Part shown: positions 36,734-53,064 of the stretch, piece by piece
Layout of the letters: the number at the start of each line of letters is the position of its first letter
Position numbering within the stretch: the first letter of the stretch is position 1
Translations under genes and position numbers: made by a program
From: Eledone cirrhosa
Lineage: Eukaryota
NCBI GenBank assembly: GCA_964016885.1
Contig: OZ024764.1
Location: 22,630,001-22,694,000 of the forward strand
DNA: 64,000 bases
Direction: 5' to 3'
The notes under the pieces: generated by a model
The model's database searches: none
What the model was told of the DNA's origin: nothing
Seen by the model: only the letters and a program-made list of their open reading frames with translations

Positions 36734-38650
36734 TTAAATAATAATAATAATAATGAAATTATTGTGTACAGTGCTCAGGTGCACTACAACTCATCAAAGG
36801 TGCATGTATAGTACATAGAATAATGTACAAATGTCAGGAAAATGAACAGTGTATGAGTCATGATATAATAACAATAATGAAATATTGTGTATAGTGCCCA
36901 GGTGCACCACAACTCATCAAAAAAGTGCATGTACAGTACATAGGGCAATGCACAAACATCAGTAAAATGAACAGTGCACGAGTCATGATACACACGTGTG
37001 CATGTGTATGGAAGGGGTACATCAGGTGTAGTTTTGGCGTATTTCGGGAAGCTTGAGTGTCTTAAAGGATGCAGTGTCTCAGCAGCTAACAACTGACGCA
37101 GGCAGTTTGTTCCCTACTTCAGCAACTCTGAGCGTGAAAAAATGTCTACGAAAGTCATGGGAGCTGTGCTGTTTTCTGATCTTGTAGGCATGTCCACGTG
37201 TGTTAGACACATGGAGATCAAAGAGGCGCTCTGGGTTGTAATTGGCGAGATGGTTAAAAACTTTGTGGGTATTCACCAAGTCCATTGCCAGACGTCGGAG
37301 CTTCAATGAATTCATGCCCAGGGAAGCAAGGCGTTCATAGTATGGTAGGTGTCTGATGGAGGGTATGTGCTTGGTTGCACGTCTCTGAACAATTTCCAGG
37401 AGGTCAATGTTCTGAGCAAGATAGGGGTTCCAGACTGATGATGCGAATTCCAAGTGTGGTCGTACCATAGCTGTATACAGTTTTAAATAGATGGCTGGAG
37501 AGCGGCTAACAAAGGTCTTGCTGAGTGATGCCAAGACACCCTCGGCCTTCTTGACAATCTTAGAGACATGCTTTGTCCAACACAAATCGTTGCTGACAGT
37601 AATGCCCAGGTCACGTTCACAAGAGGACTTTTTGATATCAGTGTTGTGGAGGGAGTATGTGGACGCTGGATTTTTCCTTCCAAAATGCATGGTGGTACAC
37701 TTGTCCACAGCCAGCTTCAGTTGCCAGTCTGTGATCCATTGCTGCATTGTGTCCAGGTCTGATTGTAGGAAAGAGTTGTAAATTTCAGGATCAGTCCTTT
37801 TGATTTCAGGGTACAGCTTGATGTCATCTGCATATTTCAGTACCGTGGCATTCTGTAAGTTGGCATCTATGTCATTAATATATGCCACAAACAAAAGAGG
37901 ACCAAGAACAGATCCCTGTGGTAGACCAGATGACATCTCATATGGTGAAGAATGCTGTCCTAGAACCGTGACTACTTCCTTTCGGCTGAGAATGAAGGAT
38001 TTCAACCAGTCGAGAAGATCATCCCTCACACCCATTGCAGAGAGTTTTGCCATAAGTCTTTTGTGTGGCACAGAATTAAAAGCCTTAGCAAAGTCAAGGT
38101 AAACAAGATCCACCCATGAGCCGCTGTCAGTGATCCGGGTGATGTCCTCAAGGAACTCGATAAGCTGATCACAGCAGCTGGAGTTAGGGATAAATCCAAA
38201 CTGTGAGGGCCAGATGAGGCTGTGAGAGCTCCAGAAGTTCCAAAGTGTTTCTCTGACACAGGATTCCATCAGTTTGGCCATACAGCTAGTAAGACTGACT
38301 GGACGATAGTTGACAGGTGACATGCGGTTGCCCTTTTTGAACAGGGGAATGACACTGGCAGTTTTCCACTGCTCCGGAGTAGCACCATTGTTGAGACAGT
38401 ATTGAAAGAAGAAAGAAAGCTGGCGCAAAAGGAAATACCCGCCACGTTTGAGAAGCAGGTATGTCACACCATCAAGACCAGGGGAGGCATAGTTGCGCTT
38501 ATTCTTAAGGTGACTTCGCAACATTGCAGGTGTAAATTCCATAGTTGTTATGGAATTTGATGTTAGAGATGGTGGAGATGGTACATTCTGGTTTTCAACA
38601 GTAAAAATACTTGCATAGCACTCAGCAATGAGTTCTGCGCATTCCTTGAT
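36734..38650 (-). mobile_element. Young 5'-truncated CR1-group LINE, unit 3 only, nested in the piggyBac MITE
   Basis: 487-aa open RT ORF 37079-38542 (YLDFAKAF, PQGSVLGPLLF, YADD, ERDLG, VRPHLEFASSVWNP, TRGH) and (TTA)n tail. Empty site gccgtaactggtcac in the other units. Confidence 0.94.
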
Positions 38651-38787
38651 TGGTCACTTATACTTATGTTAAGGTATTGTTCTCAAAATAAATAACATGA
38701 AAATCTCATAGATTTGATATTATGTGAGATAAAGCATTTACTGTGAAAATATAATAGTAAATATAGAGTAATGTGAATACTAAAGGG

Positions 38788-39125
38788 TTAATCTAATGTC
38801 ACTAATAACTACTTTTATCAGTCAGTTTAATCTAATGTCACTAATAACTACTTTTATCAGTCAGTATAATCTAATGTCACTAATAACTACTTTTATCAGT
38901 CAGTATAATCTAATGTCACTAATAACTACTTTTATCAGTCAGTTTAATCTAATCTCACTAATAACTACTTTTATCTGTCAGTATAATCTAATGTCACTAA
39001 TAACTACTTTTATCAGTCACTTTAATCTAATGTCACTAATAACTACTTTTATCTGTCAGTATAATCTAATGTCACTAATAACTACTTTTATCAGTCAGTA
39101 TAATCTACTACCACTAATAACTAAC
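38788..39125 (+). repeat. 39-bp VNTR, about 8.6 copies
   Basis: Same unit. Confidence 0.95.
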
Positions 39126-39460
39126 CTATGTTAGGCAGCACATTCTTCACCAAAGAAGGCCTTAGTATTTATTACAGTCCATTTATCAATATAGAAATAT
39201 TATATGAAATTTGTACTGATGTATTACAAGTTTCTGAGTATCTTATAATGTTCTTTTATTATTTCAGAATACCAGAGGACATTGGCATTAAAGAGCACGT
39301 TACATCAGACATATTCTCAACATTAACCATTTCTAATGAAAGACACTACCCATCATTTTCAAATAATTTTGAAAACACTCAACACTTTGAAGGGATTTAA
39401 TAATATAACTAAATTTCTCAGTATTAAGCTGTGAATTATGTGAAAAACTGACGTGATTGA

Positions 39461-40426
<966 letters not shown>

Positions 40427-43400
40427 CTGTATCAATATCAAACTCATTACATCATACTACAACAACAACAATTGTGTAGATCCATCATCCTTGCTAAAAC
40501 TGGGGTTAACCTTGTAGGTTTTACCTATGACAGGGATCATAAACACCAGGTTTCCATTTTTGAAGCAGTGTTTGAAGATTTTGTGTAAATTAAAGTTTTT
40601 CACATTAAACTTTGATTTATTATACTTTAACAGGTAAGATATATATTTGTATTTTTAGTAAAGGTTTGGAACTTCTGTAATTTAAACCTGCCAATTAAAT
40701 GAAAACTTTTGTTGTTGCTAGTTAGACATTGATATTAATTCTATTGTCCTGTACATTGTCTCAAATATCACAGATTAAACAGATTTTAACAATATCAACA
40801 GAAATCAATAACTTGTAAATCTAGCTTCCATTTTAACTATTTGATATTGTTGTTCCCCTCCTGTCTCTTCAGGTCTTTTAGATTTCAACTTCTATTTACT
40901 GGACTATTCCATCACCAAGGCAACATTCATCTGGCTGGCAGCTTACATCAACTACAAATCTCATCAGTGGTTCACAACAGGCTGGCTGAAAGAAACTTGC
41001 AGATATCTTCTATGTCATAGCTATCAATATCCTCCTCCTTATCATATGTACCAGTCTCACAGTCCCTCTAGATCTTATATTTAAGAGGGAGATCTTTTAC
41101 TGTCCCTACACTTTTATCAAGATAGTCTTGTACCACTCTCACAGTCCCTATAGATCTTATATTTAACAAGGAGATCTTTTACTACGTGTACCCTTTTCTC
41201 TAGGTTTTCTTGTACCTCTCTCACAGTCCCTCAAGATCTTATATTTCACAGGGAGATCTTTTACTGTCCATACCCTTTTCTCTAGGTTGTCTTGTACCTC
41301 TCACAGTCCCTCTAGATCTTATATTTAACGGAGATCTTTTACTCTCCAACCCTTCTATCTCCAGATAGTCTTGTATCTGTCAGTCCCTCTAGATCTTACA
41401 CCTAGTATCTAGTCTATGTTGAGTGGTACGTCCTTCTCCAGTAAAGGAGTTAATATTCCCAACCATCTGTCTATCCTGTTTTCTGATGAGAATGAAGTCA
41501 ATCTAGTTTATCTCTTCACCTGATTGAAGTAACTAGATGTTTTCCTGTAAGTTAGTGTTGCAGTGTTTGTGTCACCATGTAAGGTTTATATCTATTAATA
41601 TAGAGATGTAGTAAAGTTTTCACTGTTGTATCTCTACTTTCTAAATATCTTAATAATGTTTCTCTACTATTTCAGAATATCACATGACCTTGACAGAAAA
41701 GATTCTTTTAAAGACAACAGAAAGATGTTACATACAAGTGATATAAACTTGTTTAGTCTGTGGTGAATTATGGTGAAATATTTCTTCTGAATTGAGATAA
41801 ATAACAACATTTTCCTTTTTCACTGTCTGGAATATTTACAAGATGATTTTACATTCTGATTAAACTTTGGATATTTACAAATGAGTTTTCAAAATATTTG
41901 GATATTGACAAAGATCACATTAGGGAATACTGTTATTGTGTGAAAGTTTTCTAAATCTTCTTCAGCCACTAACATGGAGAAGATATTTCAGTAAGAAGGT
42001 TCACATCCTGACATCTATAGCTGTTAACAATGAGATTGGAATTCATTATTAAACAAATGTTATATCATCATCATTGTTTAACATCAGTTTTTTCACGCTG
42101 GCATGGGTTAGACGAGTTATCCTGTTGTAAGCAAGGCCAGGTCAGGTGATCACGTGTTGCTCCTACAGAACAAATTTTGGATTGGTTTCTACAGCTGGAT
42201 GCCCTTCCTAGCACCAACCTTATTTACATTGAGTACTGGGTGCATTTTACCATCTCACCATCACGACCTCTTTACAGTGTGGGCTGGGTGCTTTTTGTTG
42301 TGACACCTACATAACCACTTTACAGTGTGGGCTGGGTGCTTTTTGTAGTGACACCTACATGACCACTTTATAGTGTGGACTGGGTACTTTTTGTTGTGAC
42401 ACCAACATGACCATTTTAAAGTTTTGGCTGGGTACTTTTTGTTGTCACCTACATGACCACTTTACAGTGTGGGCTGGGTACTTTTTGCCGTGACACCTAT
42501 GCGACCGCTTTACAGTGTGGGCTGGTTTCTTTTTGTCATATCACCTACATGATCACCTTATAGTGTTGGCTGTGTGTTATTTGCAGTGTGGGCTGGTTTC
42601 TTTTTGTCATATCACCTACATGACCACCTTATAATGTTGACTGTGTGGGTTGGGTGCTTTTTCTCATATCTCCTACCCAACCACTTTGCAGTGTGGGCAG
42701 TGAAATATCAGTAATGCACCAGCTCCAATATTCAGTAATCAGAAGAAGGGAGGTAGGCATAAAAGCCAAACTTGCTGTCTTCAATTAGGTTTTTGTGCCA
42801 ACCCTTACCTATGGTCACATATCTTGGGTAATGACCAAAAGAATATGATTGGGAATACAAATGGCAGATATGGGATTCCTCTGAAGGGTCTTTGAAGGAA
42901 CGTTTCTCAATAAAGTGCATAGCTCTGAGATCAGAGAGTCACTCCAGGTGGAGCTGTTACTTCTCCGAATTGAGAGATCACAGCTGCAATACTATGGCTA
43001 TGTGGTTAGAATGTCTGAGGAAAGAATCACTGGATAGATTTTACAGGCTAAACTAACCGGCAGGAGACCCAGGGGTAGACCTGAGCAAGATGGTCACATA
43101 ACATCCATGAGCTTGGCTGGTCTCTCTGGGAGATCCAGCCACATAAGTTGGAGTGGGTTGCTTCTGACAGGACCTGTTGGAGGGAGTGTTTGAGGACTCT
43201 GCCCCCAAGACCCTCTCTGGAATAAGAAGAGGTTGAGGTTACAAAATCAACATCAGATTTCCCTGCTAGCAAGGGTTTAATGAGTCTACTTCAACCAAGT
43301 AAGTACTGAAGTGAGGCTACTGATCTCTAGACAGACCAAGGATCTGAGACTTATTTACATAAGGTCTCATTTGCTACTGAGTGCACAGAAAAGGTTGTCA

Positions 43401-43520
43401 TGTCTTTGTCATGATTGAAGGGTTCTCCGACACTATTGTTGGGCAAGCTTTCTATGGCTAGATGTCCTTCACATGACCAACCACATTACAGCCTGTGTTG
43501 GGTGTGTTTATCATGTAGGT

Positions 43521-45458
43521 GAGGCATAACAAACTGAGGGTTGCCCAAGGTCCACATAGATCACATGTGTTGTCTGAGGGTTGCACACTGCAACTAATTA
43601 TGTACACAACAACTAATTAAAGTCATTTAATAAAATATATTGCAGAAAGATTTGTTACTTAAATTTAGAAACATACAATGTACATACAAATTTTAGCAGC
43701 ATTCATGAATACAAAATTAATGAAGTAGTTTGACAAAAAACTAAAATTTAACATGTCAACATATACTTGCAGATTGTAACAGCAACAAATACATTGTACA
43801 CAAATAACAACAGTTGAAAACTGAACATTTATTTGCTACTATTCAACCATTTTTAGTCTTTTGTCCTGAGGCTTGACACTTCTTTCTGTTGACTATTTTA
43901 GGTATATCTGGCTGAAATGTCTGTACAGTTCCAACTTTAATCAGATGACAAGTGTTGATCAGTCAGCCTTGTTCTCTGAGAAGTTTTTGTTAATTTCATG
44001 AAGGAAAATAACTGTCCACTCACATAGGCAGAACCAAACATTGCCATAATCTTTGTGACAAACTTTCTGATGTTAATAAACTTTTCAGAAAGGTATGAAA
44101 AGAAACCAGGTATCCCCACTACAAGATACTTTGTTCTGAGTGTAGAATCTGACTGCATTTCCAATAGTCCCATCTGCAGGCGTTCTTCTGCCTTCATCAA
44201 AGGTGAATGGTGCTGAGAATAATGTAAACTGATGTTCAAAAAATGAGAAATCACAAAATCTTTCCTGAAATTAATTTAACAACAATTCCAGGTGACTGTC
44301 ATACTTAGCTAAGCTAAATACAGACTCAGTATTGGCAGTGTTTTTCAGCTCTTTGCACATAGGGAAATGAACTAAATTTTCAGCTGACAACGGAGATTTC
44401 CATAAGCTTAGATTTCTAATGAAGCACTTGATGTCATCATTCAACTGATTGATGGGTTTGTCTTTACCTTGTAATTTCAAGTTAAGATCAGTTAATTGTG
44501 CAGTAATATCCACAGCAAAAATCAGGTGTTGGAGCCAACTTTCATCTTTTATTTCATCTGTGTTTTAACCTTTTATCTCCAAAAACACAATTATTTCTTG
44601 TCTCAACAAATAGCATCTTTTCAGCACTTTGTCACATGTCAACCAGCAGACTTCTGTGTAGAATGGAACATCGGTGAACTGATTATCCATATCTTCTAAT
44701 AGAAACATGTTCAAACCTTGATGATACAGCCTTTAACTGTTGTTTCAGATCACCTGACGTTTCATTAATCTGTTGGCAACAGTATTCCTGGTTAATGAAA
44801 TGTCTTTGAATAACTCTGCTTTCTCTGGAAAATATCAGCTGTTTTTACAAGACATTGCTTTACAAAATCTCCTTCACTGTAAGATTTCCCACTCATGGCA
44901 ATCATTTGACTGAGTTCATAGCTTGCAGTTACGGAAGTGACATCCTCTTCCTGAATTAACATAAAACAGGTCTGTTGCTGTGTCAAGTTAGACTTCAATT
45001 CCTTGATTCTTGAACCACACATTGGGCCTTCATATTTATCGTAAGAACGAGGGTTTGTTTCATGATGTCTTTTTGAATTGTACTCTTTTGGCCTGGCGAT
45101 GTAGTTGTTGCAAATTAAACAGTATATCTTTCTGTTCACCATTGGACAAAAATACTGTAATTCCCACTTTTCTTGAAACACTTGCCCTTCTTCGTTCAAT
45201 TTCCTTTTTCTCTTAGCTGGAGGAGCACTAACCATTTCAAAAACGAAATCTTTTGAAATTTTGAAAGAAAGTTTTCTGTTAATGAGCTGCACGTGATTAA
45301 TGGAAGTTAAAAGTAGTTGACAAAATTTGCAAAAAAATAATAATTGTATCGAAAATGTTTTAAATTTTATATTACGAAAATGAAACATGCTCGCACTGTA
45401 AAAACCTTAGTGTGGGCCGCAGGTTTGCTAGCAAGGGGCTGCATGTCTGACATGTCTG
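43521..45458 (-). mobile_element. Paralogous hAT copy with about 440-bp internal deletion
   Basis: Same ATGTAGGT TSD (43513-43520 and 45459-45466), so it was copied by segmental duplication rather than by transposition. Confidence 0.92.
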
Positions 45459-47444
45459 ATGTAGGTTACCAACACTAGGGAGGGCAGCATGTCCTTCAGT
45501 GTGTTCTGCTACATTAACTACCTGGAGGTCACCACATGACACAAAGACTACATTTCAAAGAAGGGTCATAAAAGAACTAAATACGAAAGTACCCACAGCA
45601 ACAAGCAAATAATTGAGCTTTGGGTCTAGGTCAAGGGGGCAGAAGTGCTGCGCCCTGTGGATAAGACTGGAAAAGTATTCGCCGCGGACGATGGACAGTG
45701 ACACCCACTGCAACAGCCACCCCAACCTCATGGGACTCCCTCTTCAGAAGGGCCACCAACGTTCTGATCTTACAGAGGAGCTTGGCAGTACGGGGTCCAA
45801 GTACTTCTGAGGTCTCGATGGTGACCGGTGTGAAGAGACCTACAATTGATGTCATCCCAGTTATGTTGGACTGTAATATACTGGGGTATAGAGAGGCCTT
45901 AACCTGTCTCAGCCGGGCCACCCAGGGTTGTGTCATCTAGGTACCAGACAGGGGGAACTAGACCATGTTGTCAACTGTCAGCACCAATAGGAGTGAGGCG
46001 AGTGGGTCCCCTTGCTAGACACCATATATAAAAACGTATTTGCTAATTACTTTAATGAATAATTTGTTTCATACGTAATTATTACTTTTAACACAATAGG
46101 ATTTTGTACACGTGTTTGTTTGAAAACATCTTTCAAAGAAGTATGAGACAGTCTTTTGTAGTGTTTATTATAATAAATTACTGTATGTTGAGCTGTTTTA
46201 ACTTCTCCACCTTCCATTATTTTATATTGTTTTTGTAAAAAAACGAGATCTTTTTCATATATATATATGAAGGCGTGTGGCTGAGTGGTTAGAGAATTGG
46301 ATTCGGAGTTGTGAGGTTGTGAGTTCGATTCTCAGACTGGGCGATGCGTTATGTCCTTGAGCAAGACATTTTATTTCACGTTGCTCCTTCTACCTGGAGT
46401 TGCAACCGATAGATAGTATTAGCAATTGGAAAGACCAATGGAAACATTGTTTCCTCGGTCCGATTTGACGAAAAGTTGATCATAAAAAATATATATATAG
46501 AGAGAGAGAGAAACACACAAACATACACTACTGTATTACATATGTAAAGGGAGATAACTCTCGTTACATCCCTCCTTCTTTTTGATATACGTACTTTAAA
46601 TACTTTGTTCAATGGAATCTGCTTTATTTTGTACTAAGTAGATTTCTGTTTAAGTATTTACGAGATTCACAATGATTCACGTAACCAAGTTACTTACATA
46701 GAGATATATTTCACATAGAATCACAACAAATGAAAATATTAAGTCAACACTCTGTCAATCAGTCTCACATCACATGGGGTGCCGGAGTCTCCCTCTAATA
46801 CTTTCTGAGACAGTCTTACCTCGAGTGATAGCAAGGCTAAGATGTTGGAACTACCAAACACCCTCATATGTATGACCTGACACCTCGGTAAGGAGAGCTG
46901 CCAACGATAACAAGAACCTCGTTGTCAGGGACCTATCTCCTCCAAACTTCTCCAACACCACAGACTAGAATATTCTACTCTTTATTCCCTATCAAATATA
47001 TTTCAGTCTTGTATCTTGTATATGTATTTTCAAAACTAACTGTCACATTTGTGAGACCCCAGTTAGTGATGTTTTCGTCTCCCTCCCACATCCTACATGC
47101 TGTAGTAAAAGTGAGGGTCACTGCTTCTGTAGACGAACAAAATAAAAGTTAAACTACCAGTAATTATCGGCAAAGTATTTATTCCAGTCTGTGATGTTTG
47201 AGAAGCTGGGCTGCTGACAACGAAGTTGTTGTCACTGTTGGCGGCTGGCTTTACCGAAGGACCCGATGACTCTTGTGAGGGTACTTAGCTGTTCTGGCAA
47301 CTTAGCCCCCATATGACCCGATCTTACCGAGATACACGGTGATCTCTGTAAGCGTACTTAGCTGTTCTATTTTAATTTCATTTACTGATTTCAACTTCAT
47401 TTTTATATTACAAACTTTACAGAATTTAATTCCGTAAAAATATT

Positions 47445-47577
47445 TTACGTCACAAAAAATCATTGAAGCATGCGCAGTGGTGCAGTTGTCTACTTCCTGT
47501 CCACGTGTTAGTCTTCCTACAACATCATTTAAAAAACATTTCTGTAAATACTAAACACCTGAGACTATAATGTAAGT
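47445..47577 (+). promoter_or_regulatory. Putative ZNF promoter and exon 1 (unit 4)
   Basis: Same cluster but the TGACCTTTGA motif is deleted; donor GTAAGT at 47572. Confidence 0.58.
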
Positions 47578-49176
47578 ATTATGTCTATTAATATTGTAGA
47601 TTTAAGCTCACTTTTCACATCACAAATATATATTTTCTTGTTTGTTTCATTACTGGAAATATAAAATGTTATCGTAATTATCTATATTTTGCCTACCTCT
47701 AATTAATTAAAGTGAAAACTTTTGTTGTTGCTGAAAAATAAATTAACAAAACTAAATATTTAAATATTCTAAAGGTCGTTTTTATATTATGTGATGATAT
47801 AATTAATATATTTTATTACAATTGTATAAATTTACAGTAGAATAACGTTGTAAATATGTTTTAAATATATACATAAATAACATAAGTGTGTAAATAACAT
47901 TATAACTTGCTGGCAATTCCTTGAGAAAGACATTACAAATATATTGTCTAAACTGTGTATAATAATATAATTTATTGAACGATAATGATAAAGGAAAGAA
48001 AAACACAGTGGGAGATGGCAATTCACCACCAAGTGTGATAATAGAACACACCTCACACCTTAGGGGTTAACTACACACTTTGAGGCAAGCCAACACACTG
48101 GCAGCATTACTAAGGTGTTGAAATAACCAGGTACCCTCACGAGTATCACCTGACACCTCGGTAAGGTGAGGCTAAGGGGCTAAAATAACCAGGTACCCTC
48201 ACGGGTATCACCTGACACCTTGGTAAGGTGAGTCTAAGGGGCTGAAATAACTAGGTACCCTCACTGAAATGACTAGATTTGTAGAAAAAGTAGGGTGAAA
48301 GTATACGAAGAGATGTAGTTTCACAGATCTACTCACACCTCACGTTGGGTGGGAAATAATTATTTTTCTTAGATTTTTTTCTAGACCCCTTTTCAATATT
48401 TTCTCTGAACCCCTTAGATACTTGCAATAGACGTTTTATTCCCCAGTATTAGGGTTAGGGTTTCCGTTTTCAGGAAGAAAAGTCGATTGCAAACATCTAA
48501 GCGGTCGAGAAAAATAATAAGGAAAGATAATTATTTCTCAGCCAACTGGAGAAGTGTGTAGCTCTTCTAAACTCTGATAATCCTGTTTCCCACTTCTTTA
48601 TCTACAAAGCTAGTCGTTTCCTGCTACTTTGAAGACCCTATTTAATGATAACACCACTAGTAAATCTTTGTCAACTTTTCATACGTAAATTGTGAATCAG
48701 TTATTTTTAAACAAACTATCAAAGAAGTGATCTCACAGTAACTGTGTTTGATTTAATCAACTTATTTCCCCCAAACATTGTCGACCTTGTGTCTCAATCA
48801 GAAACTATTATAAGATCTTAAATCAACCTCGTAAAGATGAAGGGCAAAGCTAACCTCGGCGGAATTTCAACCCTTTGTTATGAGTTCAAATCCCGCCAAA
48901 GTTAACTTTGTCTTTCATTCTAAAGGAGTGGATAAATTAAAGTTCCAGTAATCTACTGGGGTCTGAGATATTAAGGTTTGAGTAAATTCTATCTTTTTGT
49001 GTGTTTGTATTTATAATCTTACTAGAAACCCAGTGACCTGTTGGGTCACGTTCCCTTTAAAAATAATATTTAAATAATTAAAATGTACACAGACATGTAT
49101 ATAATGTAAAATGAAATTAGTAGGCCGATGTATATATATATATATATATATATGCGTGTGTGTGTATATATATATA

Positions 49177-49212
<36 letters not shown>

Positions 49213-49879
49213 CACACGTCACTTGTTCTAATTTTATAACTTCGTTCAACAGCACCAACAGCTATCTCTCTCACACACACCCATTATCTTTCTCTCTCTA
49301 TTTATAAAGGTACCAGAAAAACCCCATATCTCGGGAACCTGTGCATTGATTTACGTGAAACTTATTTTATCCCATCTGTATTCCCACTTCAGGGTCAACT
49401 TCCTTTCAAACTATTTTCCCGTTATGACCCGTTTTGGCTGTATTACATTACAGACAAGACACAATCACAGAGTTTTAGGTTTATAATGTTATAGTATCAT
49501 GATAGGGTAATACAGTTATTTATAGACCTGTGGTAAATGTTGGTTCAGTCCACCCTGGGGGGTGTAAGTGTTGGTTCAGTCTATCCTGAGGGGTGTCAGT
49601 GTTGGTCAATGATAACCTTTATAACTAGAGGCCTGTTGGTGAGGACAAGCTGAAAGTGGTGACATCTTTCTGCTACCTGTGTGACATGTCAGCTGGAAGT
49701 GGAGCCAAGTTCACTGCCATCGTGCTGTGCCACTCGACAGGTAACAAGTTTGTGACATCTGTCTGAATTGACGCTGAAGAAATGACAGAGCTATGATCCA
49801 CTGGATGTGTAGTGTGACCATTGAGGATGATGTCAGCTCAACTGAGCTCCTAAAAAAACTGCTGATCGACAACCTCAAG

Positions 49880-52514
49880 GATGTGTTTCACAGGAGACAT
49901 TTGCACTGGTATGGCCATGTTGTGCATTCTCTCTCAACTCATCTATGCTTGGTCGTTGATGCACATTGACATTGCACATCCAACGGAGTATACTTGCATC
50001 ATCTCTCTCCAGCCGTTGCATATCCTCTGCAGTTGCTGTCCATGTCTCACTACCGTGCAGCATCACACGTCTCACGCAGGCATCACAAGCCATTCGTTCT
50101 TAGAGAGAAACTCTTCTTTGTCAACATAGGAAGCAGCTCCCTAAACTTCTTCCAACCCGTCCTTATTCTAGATACTATGGCCTCTGAGCACCCTCCTCCC
50201 ATGCTAATTTGATCACCTAGATACCGGAAGCTATCAACCATTTCTATAGAACCTATCTGCATTTGAAAAATGTGTCTATCAATGCGACTTCTACTGTCAA
50301 ATGTCCCTGTACATCTACTGCATATGTAGTTTTCCCTACCTGTTAGTTTGCCTGCTATCCCACTACATTTCTTGTGTACCCAAAATCTGCATTGTGTACA
50401 TTATAGAATTTATGCCAGTTCCTTTTCTACATATTGAACAAGGCCATTTACCTGATGGAATGACAGTTTTGTCCTCTTTTCTACTCATCAACACTTTAGT
50501 CTTAGCTAGGTTCACTCTCAGTCCTCTTGCTTCCAACTGCTGTTTCCATAGCCAGAATTTATGCTCTAGCTCCTCTACTGATTCTGCTATAAGAACCACA
50601 TCGTCATCATAGAGAACTTCCCATGGGCACCTAGTCTTAAACTCCTCTGTTATGACATGGAGGACTATAATGAACAAGAGCGGGCTGAGGACCGAACCCT
50701 GATGTACTCCTGCATCTGTAATCCTCACTAAACTCCATGCCTACCCTCCTCTTTACTGACAGCACATCTGTACATAGCTTGCACTGTCTTCACAAACTAT
50801 TCCTCTACACCTAGTTTCCTTAGGGACCACCAGATGACAGATTGGGGTACTCTATCAAAGGCCTTCTCTAGGTCAACAAAAACTAAGTATAGTGGTTTTC
50901 TTCTCTAAGAACCTCTCTAGTAGTTGTCTCACTAAGAAGAGGGCATCTGTTTGACTCTTTCTCTAAGTTGCGCTAGTATTCTTTCTGTCACTTTCATAAC
51001 CTGATCCATCAGTTTTATACCCCTATAATTACTCCCCTCCAGAACATCCCCTTTACCTTTACCTCAATTTATGAGAATACTGCTGCACCAGTCTTTGTGT
51101 ATGACACCACCATATATAGCTTGATTAATGATGCATGCAACCACTTTAATTCCTACTTCTCTTGATGCCTTCAGCATCTCAGCAACTATCCCCAACAGTC
51201 CAGCGGACTTACCATTTTTCATTTCCTCAATTGGACCCTATAGTCGTCAATCTCAATAGCTGGTCCTTCTGTCAGGTCTACTGAAGGTAGCTCCCCTCCT
51301 ATTCATTCTCCACATTCATCAGTCTCTCATAATGACATTTCCAGGCCTCCTTTTTTTTGAGAATCAGTGACACTAAGTGCACCAACATCCTGATTTACAC
51401 TGACACACTGCCTTGCAATGTGGATGACCGCACATCTCTGATCTCCCCATCGCAGGACATTGGCAAACCTTCTACTCTCAGATTCCCTGCATGTTAAGTA
51501 AACCTGACATCTAGCTTCTCTCTTAGCGGCTGTGTATCGGTCTCTACCTCTACCATTTTTCCAAGCCTTTTGTCTCTAATGGCTCTATCTACCGTGCTGT
51601 TCCACCACCAGGTCACCCTCTGTCTGGTTGGAGCTCTGCTCCAGCCACAAGTTTCTTCAGTAACCTGCAGTAAGTTGTCACGTAAGAAATTCCAGTTATC
51701 GTCCATGTCATAGGACTCTAAATCGTCTTCTTTTTCGCCATACACATCTTGAAGGGCTTTCCTAAATTTATATTTTAGTGAAAGGTCTTTTAGTTTCCAG
51801 ACCTTCCTTTTTCAAACCTTCTTGTATGTCTCATTTTGTCTCTTGCTTACTGAGATATCACTAACGACTAACCTATGTTGGTGGGGTACATTGTACCCTG
51901 GGGTATGCCTTAGTATTTGACACCATCTGTCTCTCTTGCTACTTAACTAGCAAGAAGTCAATCTGTCTCATGTGCTCCCCTGCTTGGTAGGTTATTAGGT
52001 GGTTGGTAGGTTTCTTGAAGTGTTGCAAATGGTTAGTTCACTTGCATCACAAAATACAAGAAGCCTCACTCTTTCTTCATTTCTTGAGCCATAACCATAA
52101 CCACCATGTACCCCAGTATATCCATCCTCGAACATGACCATTGAAGTCCCCTGCTATTATAACTAGGTCTCTGTCATTGTGGTTATCTCTACTTATTCTT
52201 TTTCTACATATGGAGCAGGGCTACTTTCCTGAAGGGGTCAGGGTCTTCTCTCCTATCCATTAGCACTTTAGTTTTGGCTAAGTATATTCTCAGAACTTAC
52301 CATTTCAAATTCTATATCTATAGTTGGTCATCTACATAGAGAAGTTTCCATAGACAGCCAGTCTTAAACCTCTCTGTTATGGCTTGGAGAACTATGATGA
52401 ACAACAGTGGGCTAAGAACTAAACCATGATGAACTCCTACCTGTACCTTCAATTCCTCACTAATCACACTTTACTGAGAGCTTCTCACAAGCCATTCTTC
52501 TACACCTAATTTCT
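49880..52514 (-). mobile_element. Paralogous degraded RTE LINE in unit 4 intron
   Basis: GVHQGSVLSPLLF, VTWWWNSTVD and HGSETW fragments. Only the endonuclease-end stub remains in unit 2 (from 21921) and unit 3 (from 36024). Confidence 0.9.
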
Positions 52515-52726
52515 TTAACCCTTTAGTATATAAACTGGCCATATCTGGCCAGAATTGTCTCTTGTCTTTCTATTCAAACTGGCCGTAACTGGTCACTTAT
52601 ACTTATGTTAAGGTATTGTTCTCAAAATAAGTAACATCAAAATCTCATAGATTTGATATTATGAGTGATAAAGCATTTACTGTGAAAATATAATAGTAAA
52701 TATAGAGTAATGTGAATACTAAAGGT

Positions 52727-53064
52727 TTAATCTGATGTCACTAATAACTACTTTTATCTGTCAGTTTAATCTAATGTCACTAATAACTACTTTTATCAGT
52801 CAGTATAATCTAATGTCACTAATAACTACTTTTATCAGTCAGTTTAATCTAATGTCACTAATAACTACTTTTATCAGTCAGTTTAATCTAATGTCACTAA
52901 TAACTACTTTTATCAGTCAGTTTAGTCTAATGTCACTAATAACTACTTTTATCAGTCAGTTTAATCTAATGTCACTAATAACTACTTTTATCAGTCAGTT
53001 TAATCTAATGTCACTAATAACTACTTTTATCAGTCAGTTTAATCTACTTTCACTAATAACTAAC
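52727..53064 (+). repeat. 39-bp VNTR, about 8.6 copies
   Basis: Same unit. Confidence 0.95.
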
